DNA of 64,000 nucleotides from Candidatus Eiseniibacteriota bacterium (lineage in GTDB: Bacteria > Eisenbacteria > RBG-16-71-46 > JABDJR01). The position numbers were made by a program, and so were the translations under genes. Of the stretch, positions 57,185 to 64,000 are shown in pieces (the first letter of the stretch is position 1; each line of letters begins with the position of its first letter). Location of the stretch: contig CAVXKA010000003.1 in the NCBI GenBank assembly GCA_963762255.1, positions 800,001 through 864,000 of the forward strand, given 5' to 3'. The notes under the pieces are model-generated. The model ran no database searches. It worked only from the letters and a program-made list of their open reading frames with translations, and was not told the DNA's origin.

Positions 57185-59473
57185 ATGGCGGATCGCAGAC
57201 CCTCGATGGCGTTCTCCCCCTATATCGATCCCCAGACCACGATCCGCGAGTTCACGATCCGCGGCCTCATCATGGGCACGCTCCTGGGGATGATCTTCGG
57301 GGCCTCATCCCTCTACCTGGTGCTCAAGGTGGGGCTCACGGTGAGCGCATCGATCCCGGTGGCGGTCATCTCCATCACGCTCTTCCGGCTCGCATCGAAG
57401 TTCCGCATGAAGGACGCCACCATCCTCGAGAACAACATCGTCCAGACCGCGGGAAGCGCCGGCGAGTCGATCGCGTTCGGGATCGGCGTGACCATGCCTG
57501 CCATCTTGATCCTGGGCTTCGATCTGGAACTCACGCGCGTCGCGTTGGTCGCGGTGTTGGGGAGTCTTCTCGGCATTCTGATGATGATCCCGCTGCGCCG
57601 AGCGCTCATCGTGGCCCAGCACGGCGTGCTCAAGTACCCCGAGGGGACGGCCTGCGCCGAAGTGTTGAAGGCCGGCGCCTCCGAAGAGTCGAAGGCGGCC
57701 TCCTCCGATGCGGCGAAGGCCGAGGCCCGGGCAGCGGAGGCGGCGGGGCTGGGCGCCGGCACCAGCGCCCGCACGATCTTCACCGGATTCGGGATCGGCC
57801 TTGCGTACAAGACCGCGATGTCGGCGTTCAAGCTCTGGAAGGACACCCCCGAGAGGATCTTCGGCGCGCCCTACCGAGCGGGTTCCCTTTCCGCCGAGAT
57901 CTCCCCCGAACTCCTGGGCGTGGGCTACATCATCGGCCCGCGCATCGCGTCCATCATGTGCGCGGGCGGCGTGATGGCCTACCTGCTCCTCATCCCCATG
58001 ATCAAGTTCTTCGGCGGAGAGTCGCCCGGCCCTCTCTCCCCCGGCACGGTGCCGATCGGCGAGATGAGCCCTTCGGCCATCCGTAGCGCCTACATCCTCT
58101 ACATCGGCGCGGGGGCGGTGACCGCCGGGGGCATCGTGAGCCTCGCCCGCTCGTTCCCCACCATCTGGCACGGCCTCCAGGAAGGGCTCAAGGACGTGCG
58201 GCTGAGCAAGCGGGGCGCCGCGTCGGTCGCGCGGACGCAGCAGGATCTCTCGGTAAAGGTCGTCGCCATCGGCTGCGTCCTCCTCCTGACCGCGATCACG
58301 CTCGCGCCGCAGCTCCACATGAACCTCCTCGGCGCGCTCCTCATCCTCGTCTTCGGCTTCCTCTTCGTGACCGTCTCCTCACGGCTGGTAGGTGAGATCG
58401 GCTCTTCATCGAACCCGATTTCGGGCATGACGGTGGCCACGCTCCTCTTCACCTGCCTCACGTTCCTCGCCATCGGATGGACCGGCCGGCCCTTCTACGT
58501 CACCGCGCTCTCGGTGGGGGCCATCGTCTGCATCGCCGCCTCCAATGGAGGCGCCACATCACAGGATCTGAAGACCGGATTCCTGGTGGGGGCCACACCG
58601 AGGTTCCAGCAGATCGCGATCGTGATCGGAGCGCTGGCCTCGGCGCTCATCCTCGGTCCCATCCTCCTGCGCTTGAACGACGCGGCGACGGTGTACGTGC
58701 CGGCAGCGGAGGTGGCGCCGGCCGGTCTCATCGCCCCCGCAGGCGCGTGGGGCGGCGAGCAGATGCTGACCGGTCCGCAAGGCAAAGACGACACGCGCGC
58801 CTACGCGGTGTGGCAGAAACTCGACGAGCAAGGCGGCCCCTCGGGTAAGTACCTGGTCGATCCCGGTAGCGGCCAGGCGGTTTACCTCGTCGACCCGGGC
58901 ATCAACGGAGTCCATCGCACGCGGCCGGACGGAACCACCGTCACCAAGTTCGACGCGCCCAAGGCGACCCTCATGAGCTACATCATCAAGGGGATCCTGG
59001 ACCGGCAGCTTCCATGGGGGCTGGTGCTCTTCGGGGTCATGATTGCCGTCATTCTCGAGATGGCGGGCATTCCTTCCCTCGCGTTCGCGGTCGGAGTCTA
59101 TCTTCCCCTGTCGTCCTCAGCGCCGATCCTGGTCGGCGGCTGGGTGCGCTGGCTCGTGGATCGGCGACGGCGCAAGAAGCTCGAGCATGCCGGCCTCACC
59201 GAAGAGCAGCTCGCCGCGGAAGGAGACAAGAGCGGGGGCGTGCTTATGGCCTCGGGGTACATCGCGGGGGGCGCGATCGCCGGGATCATCATCGCCTTCA
59301 TGGCGGGTGTGCTGAGCCGCACGGATCGCGGGCTCACCGATTGGGCGACGGCTCACAACCCGTTCTTCGGCGGACCGTCCGCAAACCTCCTCGCCCTGAT
59401 TCCGTTCTCAGTTCTGGTGGTGCTCCTCTACCTTACGGGGCGGGAGACGATCCTCAGCGGTCGGCGGAAGTAG
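57185..59473 (+). CDS. OPT family oligopeptide transporter
   Basis: YLVLKVGLTVSASIP, ENNIVQTAGSAGES, YPEGTACAEVL, SSNPISGM, SQDLKTG and APKATLM. Confidence 0.93.
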   Translation: MADRRPSMAFSPYIDPQTTIREFTIRGLIMGTLLGMIFGASSLYLVLKVGLTVSASIPVAVISITLFRLASKFRMKDATILENNIVQTAGSAGESIAFGIGVTMPAILILGFDLELTRVALVAVLGSLLGILMMIPLRRALIVAQHGVLKYPEGTACAEVLKAGASEESKAASSDAAKAEARAAEAAGLGAGTSARTIFTGFGIGLAYKTAMSAFKLWKDTPERIFGAPYRAGSLSAEISPELLGVGYIIGPRIASIMCAGGVMAYLLLIPMIKFFGGESPGPLSPGTVPIGEMSPSAIRSAYILYIGAGAVTAGGIVSLARSFPTIWHGLQEGLKDVRLSKRGAASVARTQQDLSVKVVAIGCVLLLTAITLAPQLHMNLLGALLILVFGFLFVTVSSRLVGEIGSSSNPISGMTVATLLFTCLTFLAIGWTGRPFYVTALSVGAIVCIAASNGGATSQDLKTGFLVGATPRFQQIAIVIGALASALILGPILLRLNDAATVYVPAAEVAPAGLIAPAGAWGGEQMLTGPQGKDDTRAYAVWQKLDEQGGPSGKYLVDPGSGQAVYLVDPGINGVHRTRPDGTTVTKFDAPKATLMSYIIKGILDRQLPWGLVLFGVMIAVILEMAGIPSLAFAVGVYLPLSSSAPILVGGWVRWLVDRRRRKKLEHAGLTEEQLAAEGDKSGGVLMASGYIAGGAIAGIIIAFMAGVLSRTDRGLTDWATAHNPFFGGPSANLLALIPFSVLVVLLYLTGRETILSGRRK

Positions 59474-59481
59474 AAGGCATC

Positions 59482-60018
59482 ATGGCGCGATCGGCGGTGC
59501 CTCTCGACCGGTTGACCCTCAGGTCGCTTCACGTCTGGGACGAACGGTGGTTCCTGCTGACCGCGGGCGATCACGCGGCCGGCGACTACAACACGATGAC
59601 CGTCTCCTGGGGGAGCTTCGGCACCGTGTGGAACCGTCCCTTCGCCCAGGCGCTGGTGCGGCATGGCCGCTACACCTACGGGTTCATGGAGCGCTACGAC
59701 ACCTTCACCCTCTCCTCGTTTCCTCCGAGGCATCGTGAGGCGCTGCGCGTGCTGGGCGCGCTGTCCGGTCGCGACGGCGACAAGATCGCCCGGGTGGGTC
59801 TGACTCCCGAGGCGTCGCAGCACGTGGCAGCTCCCTGCTTCGCCGAAGCGGATCTCGTCATCGAGTGCCGGAAGATCTACTGGCAGGACCTGGATCCCAC
59901 CCATTTCCTGGATCCGGATATCGCGCGGAACTATCCCGAGGCGGACTACCACCGCGTCTACTTCGGCGAGATCGTCGCGGTGTCCGCCGACCCGCGGAGC
60001 CTGGCCGCGGACGCGTGA
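59482..60018 (+). CDS. Flavin reductase-like protein
   Basis: LLTAG, NTMTVSWG, GALSGRDGDK, IECRKIY and YHRVYFGEI. Confidence 0.85.
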   Translation: MARSAVPLDRLTLRSLHVWDERWFLLTAGDHAAGDYNTMTVSWGSFGTVWNRPFAQALVRHGRYTYGFMERYDTFTLSSFPPRHREALRVLGALSGRDGDKIARVGLTPEASQHVAAPCFAEADLVIECRKIYWQDLDPTHFLDPDIARNYPEADYHRVYFGEIVAVSADPRSLAADA

Positions 60019-60034
60019 ACTGCGCGGTGCGGAT

Positions 60035-61207
60035 CTACCCCCGCGCGGACAGCTCAGCCAGCGCCCGAAACATCCAGGCCTGCCCCCACCGCATCATCGG
60101 CACCCGGTTCGCGTAGAACCGGGTCTTCTGAAACGTGAAGCGGCCGTGCCCGTCGGACATGGTAGTCAGCGTCCAGGCGGCCATGGCCCGCGCCTTGCCG
60201 ATCGCGTCCGGATCGAGCCGCCGCAGCGCGAGGCGCGTGACGATCGCCTGCGCCGGGCAGTGGATATCGAGCGGCCACCGGCTGGTGTCGAAGTGACGGG
60301 GCGCGCCGTCCGGGTCGACGAATCGCGTATCCCAGTAACGCCACGCCCGATCGAGCGCATCATCCATCCAGGTCTCGCCGGTGGCTTGCCGGTACCGCTC
60401 GAGCGCGACCAGGTTGTAGCCCATGTGGTAGTTGTCGACCCACCCCTGGTTGGCCGCTTCGCCGTACGGCCAGGCGCCGTCGGCTCGGATGCGGCTCACC
60501 GAGAACTCCATCGCCCGCCGTGCGAGGTCCGCGTACTCCGCCGAGCCGGTCCGCCGCGCTTCGACGGCAAGATGCGCCGCGCCGAGCATGTTGACGTTGT
60601 GGATCCGTGTCTTCGTGGCCGGGGTATAGGTGATCCAGGCGACGCCGCCCTCCTCGCGACGAAGCCGCCGCGCGATGAACCGCGCCACGTCCGCCGGCAC
60701 GCTAGTCCGGTCCCCGCCGTCGGCGCGCTCCTCGAACGCCGCCGAGCCGAACACCGAACCGATCAGGTTCGGTTCGTCCCTCTCCTGAAAGAATGCCCGG
60801 CTCTGCCAGGCGAAGGGATAGCCCCAGACGATCTCCTCGAAGCCGGGCGAGCGGAGCGCGATGAGCCGATCGAGAAGGGCTGCGCCGCGTGCCCGCCAGA
60901 GATCCGCCTCGGGGCCTCCCCGCTCCGCGAGCCGCCACGCGCCGACGGCGAAGAGCGCGAGCCCCTTCGCCACGACCTCGCGCTTCTGCCCGAAAAGAGG
61001 CCGCAAGTTGATCGGGGAACGCTTCACGAGCTGGATCCATGCCTGCCGCGCGGGAGCGATGTGATAGAAGGGAGTTATCCTGAAGATGGGCGCGTTTAGG
61101 CCGTCGTAGGGATCCCAACCGGCGAAACCAGCCGTCTCGGCCTCGGCCCAGACCGCCGCCAGAACGTTGCCCAGCGGAAGCGCCCCCGAGGGCGCCGCCG
61201 CGTTCAC
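60035..61207 (-). CDS. Conserved (alpha/alpha)-barrel-like protein of glycan biosynthesis loci
   Basis: GWDPYDGLN, KRSPINLRP, WGYPFAWQSR, IHNVN, WPYGE, DNYHMGY, PLDIH and MRWGQAW. GTGA overlap with the upstream gene. Confidence 0.65.
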   Translation of the reverse strand: MNAAAPSGALPLGNVLAAVWAEAETAGFAGWDPYDGLNAPIFRITPFYHIAPARQAWIQLVKRSPINLRPLFGQKREVVAKGLALFAVGAWRLAERGGPEADLWRARGAALLDRLIALRSPGFEEIVWGYPFAWQSRAFFQERDEPNLIGSVFGSAAFEERADGGDRTSVPADVARFIARRLRREEGGVAWITYTPATKTRIHNVNMLGAAHLAVEARRTGSAEYADLARRAMEFSVSRIRADGAWPYGEAANQGWVDNYHMGYNLVALERYRQATGETWMDDALDRAWRYWDTRFVDPDGAPRHFDTSRWPLDIHCPAQAIVTRLALRRLDPDAIGKARAMAAWTLTTMSDGHGRFTFQKTRFYANRVPMMRWGQAWMFRALAELSARG

Positions 61208-63357
61208 CACGCGACCGTCACCTCTCCGCCGGTCCGCATCGATTCGAGAGCGGCCAGCGCGGTCGCCGCACCCGAGAGGAGGTCCTCGACCGGAATCGGC
61301 GGCGGCGTCCCATCGACCACCATCCGGACGAACGCTTCCATCTGTGCCGCCTGCCCCTTGTCCTGCCCGGAGCCGCCGATCTTCTTCGAACGGCCGCCGC
61401 CGACCAGCGTCCCCGACTTGAAATCGTCGATGACGGCCACACGGCCGCCGCCGAAAGTTTCGACGCGTTCCTTCGGAAACGCGCTGTCCCCGATCGCGGT
61501 GTAGAGGATGGAGCCTATCGATCCATCGCTCATGGAGACATCGAGCGTGAACGAGTCCCCGGCGTCGGCGGCGTCTCCGCCCAATGCGCGCGCGTGAACC
61601 CGCTCCGGGCGCGCCGCGCACAGGAAGTGGAGGAAGTCGATGAAATGGCATCCCTCGCCGACGAGACGGCCGCCTCCCTGCGCCGGGTCGCGCAGCCAGT
61701 GTCCGGATGGGAGCGGACCGGCGTTGACGCGATAGAGCATCGTCTGGCGCGGCACCCGGGCCATGAACTCGCGCGCGGCCCTGGCCGTGGGCGCGAAGCG
61801 GCGGTTGAAGCCGACCTGGAGCTTGCCGCCCGTCTCCTCGATCGCCTTCGCCACCTCGGTGAGTTCCTCGCGGGTGACGACGAGCGGCTTCTCGACGAAG
61901 ACGGCCTTGCCGCGACGCAGCGCTTCGATCGTGTAGCGCGCGTGGAGATGATGGCGCGTGGCGATGAGAACGGCGTTGACGGCCTTGTCCTCGAGCACTT
62001 CCATCGGGTCCGAGGCCGCCACCGCGAAGCCGCTTCGCTCGGCGACCTTGCGCGCGGTGACGCCGCTCCCGGTGGCCACGACTTGCAGGGCGACGTCGGC
62101 GCGTCCCTTCAGATGCGGAAGGAGCATCGCCTGGGCGTAGTTGCCGGCGCCGATCACGCCGAGGACGCACTTCGCCGACGCCGCGGTGTGACGCGGGCGG
62201 AGATCGATCCGCCGGACGGGCGCGGCGTCGGCGTCCGGGTAGCGGATGAGAACGCCGACGAACCGCTCGCTCGTCTTGCCGGTGATGACCTCGTAGGCCT
62301 TCGCCGCGTCGGCGACGTCGAAGGTGTGCGTGGTGAGCAGATCGAGGTCGAGCCGCCGCTCGGCGATGAGGTTGAGGAACGCATCGAAGTTCCGCCCCTC
62401 GGTCCAGCGCACGTAGCCGATCGGGTAGTCGATCCCCGCCTCTTCGTAGAGCGGGTCGTAGCGTCCGGGCCCGTACGAACGGGAGATGCTGAAACGCAGC
62501 TCCTTGGCGAAGTACGGATCGCGGGGGATCTCCATGCCGGAGACGCCCACGAGCACGACGGAGGCGCGGTCGCGGGCGATCTTCGCCGCCAGCTCCACGG
62601 GGTCGTTGGTCGACGCGGCGGCAGCGATCAACACCGCGTCGACGCCGTAGCCGTTCGTGAACCCCGCGGCCAACGTCTCGATATCGTCCGTCCCGCGCAC
62701 GCCCACCAGGTCCGCGCCGCTCTTGAGGGCCAACTCGCACGCGGCGGGGTTGACGTCGATCCCGAGCACGCGGCAGCCCGAAGCCTTGAGGATCTGCACG
62801 GCCAACTGCCCGACCAGACCCAATCCGATGACCGCGACCGTCTCCCCGACGCGCAGATCGGCTTGCCGCACTCCGTGGAGCGCGATGACGCCGACGGTGG
62901 TGAAGCACGCGTGCCGAAGATCGACCCCCTCGGGGACCTGCGCGCACAGGTTGACGGGGACGTTCACGTAGTCGGCGTGGCTCGCCTTGTCTTGCCCGCC
63001 GCAGGCCACACGATCGCCGACACGGAACCCCTCGACCCCCTCGCCCACCTGCACGACGGTGCCGGCGGTGGAGTAGCCAAGCGTCTTCCACGTGTCGAGA
63101 CGCGCCTGGACTTTCTGAATGGCGTTCAGGACTCCTTCGCGGCGCGCGGAGTCGAGGACCTTCTTCACCAGGTCGGGCCGGGCGCGGGCCTTGCCGAGAA
63201 GGCTCTTCTGTCCGGTGGACACCGTCGAGCGCTCGGTGCCCGCCGACACCAGCGACCACGCGTTGCGAACGAGAAGGCATCCGGCCTGCGCTTGCGGCGC
63301 GGGCACGTCGACGACCTTCACTTCCCCCGTCTTGAAATCCTGGACGAGTTGCTTCAT
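61204..63357 (-). CDS. Bi-domain oxidoreductase (Zn-ADH-like plus Gfo/Idh/MocA)
   Basis: SLVSAGTE, LGYS, GLGLVG and SRSYGPGRYD, then GAGNYA, ATRHHLH, FVEKP, VGFNRRF and GEGCHFID. Confidence 0.9.
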   Translation of the reverse strand: MKQLVQDFKTGEVKVVDVPAPQAQAGCLLVRNAWSLVSAGTERSTVSTGQKSLLGKARARPDLVKKVLDSARREGVLNAIQKVQARLDTWKTLGYSTAGTVVQVGEGVEGFRVGDRVACGGQDKASHADYVNVPVNLCAQVPEGVDLRHACFTTVGVIALHGVRQADLRVGETVAVIGLGLVGQLAVQILKASGCRVLGIDVNPAACELALKSGADLVGVRGTDDIETLAAGFTNGYGVDAVLIAAAASTNDPVELAAKIARDRASVVLVGVSGMEIPRDPYFAKELRFSISRSYGPGRYDPLYEEAGIDYPIGYVRWTEGRNFDAFLNLIAERRLDLDLLTTHTFDVADAAKAYEVITGKTSERFVGVLIRYPDADAAPVRRIDLRPRHTAASAKCVLGVIGAGNYAQAMLLPHLKGRADVALQVVATGSGVTARKVAERSGFAVAASDPMEVLEDKAVNAVLIATRHHLHARYTIEALRRGKAVFVEKPLVVTREELTEVAKAIEETGGKLQVGFNRRFAPTARAAREFMARVPRQTMLYRVNAGPLPSGHWLRDPAQGGGRLVGEGCHFIDFLHFLCAARPERVHARALGGDAADAGDSFTLDVSMSDGSIGSILYTAIGDSAFPKERVETFGGGRVAVIDDFKSGTLVGGGRSKKIGGSGQDKGQAAQMEAFVRMVVDGTPPPIPVEDLLSGAATALAALESMRTGGEVTVAW

Positions 63358-63476
63358 CCCCGCACTTCCATTCGTCGCGCGTTAAGTTACTCTGCCCGAG
63401 CCAGTTAGAATCGAGTGAGTCTAGGGACGCCACGCACCGGGGTCAAGTCAGGCCCGCCGGCGGCAGCGCGCGTCCG

Positions 63477-63998
63477 TCATCGGTGCGGGTCGCCGCGTCT
63501 TTCCGGCGGCTCGGCCGAGAGGAGCGCCTCCATCACCAGCGCGTGCCCCGCTTTGTCGAAGTGGAAGGGGTCGGCGGTGCCATCCTCGAAGGTTCCGTAG
63601 TGCATGAGCGGGACGGCGTCTCGCAGGTCCAAGAAGAGGCCGCCGGCCCTGTTTGTCGCCGCCTGCAGCGCGGGATACGAGACAGCCTCCGCATGCGGCG
63701 AAAACTGATGCGACTGCACTGCGCGGTTGACGGGCGAGAGCAGGTTCACGACGCGAACGCCTCGGCGGGTGAGCTCCGCGGAAACGTCTCCTACGAAACG
63801 AGCAGAAGCGATCAGGACGGAGCTCGGCGGATCGATCTGCTTGGAAGTGCCGTGCACCCAACCGATCGGAAGCCAGCGGCCGAGCGGGCTACGGCGAAGG
63901 ATCTCCCCCTTGGCTGCGATCGGCCGGCGCGAGAAGCGGACGGCGGCGCTCCGGTCCAACACACCTTGCCACCATTCGGTGAGCGCATTGAGGCGACC
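63477..63998 (-). CDS. Partial SGNH/GDSL-like protein (C-terminal part; gene continues beyond the window)
   Basis: Frame is open to the window edge. DPFHFDKAGHALV resembles the DxxH block V. Confidence 0.5.
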   Translation of the reverse strand, partial: GRLNALTEWWQGVLDRSAAVRFSRRPIAAKGEILRRSPLGRWLPIGWVHGTSKQIDPPSSVLIASARFVGDVSAELTRRGVRVVNLLSPVNRAVQSHQFSPHAEAVSYPALQAATNRAGGLFLDLRDAVPLMHYGTFEDGTADPFHFDKAGHALVMEALLSAEPPERRGDPHR

Positions 63999-64000
63999 GG

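Noticed and set aside
60035-63433. Apparent 1132-aa protein
   Set aside because: The N-terminal two-thirds is an Arg-rich off-frame overlap of the oxidoreductase. The real gene starts at about 61207.
1-64000. Mobile elements, prophage, defence systems, rRNA or tRNA
   Set aside because: I saw no integrase, transposase, phage, nuclease or structural-RNA signatures.

Overview
GC-rich, gene-dense bacterial DNA with no rRNA, tRNA, CRISPR array or transposase that I can see. Repeated FlgD-Ig/T9SS-like C-terminal domains and a C-terminal 'TWxx(I/V/L)K' tail suggest an FCB-affiliated candidate phylum such as Eisenbacteria, Krumholzibacteriota or Latescibacterota (inference). (1) 1-26.6 kb is a beta-1,3-glucan (laminarin-type) utilisation locus. 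It has a ROK repressor, four GH16s, GH17, GH1, a GH149 phosphorylase, a GH158-like enzyme with a long beta-rich C-terminus, an Opp/Dpp-type ABC importer split over two converging operons, and secreted non-catalytic proteins. Three copies of a 25-bp palindrome, each overlapping a sigma70-like promoter, sit at the three divergent junctions. (2) 26.8-36 kb holds a BNR/FG-GAP secreted protein, an ankyrin-MBL fusion and a TlpA-DUF4266-DUF3570-ApbE flavinylation cluster. (3) 36.2-53.9 kb is a Wzx/Wzy polysaccharide cluster rich in fusion enzymes, flanked by an intact gene and a truncated copy of it. (4) 54-64 kb holds a signal-peptide-bearing PepF, an OPT transporter, a flavin reductase and part of a second glycan locus. 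Several genes at 7.3-12.1, 14.8-16.2, 24.1-26.5 and about 33.95 kb are broken by 1-nt indels that look like sequencing errors rather than true pseudogenisation.
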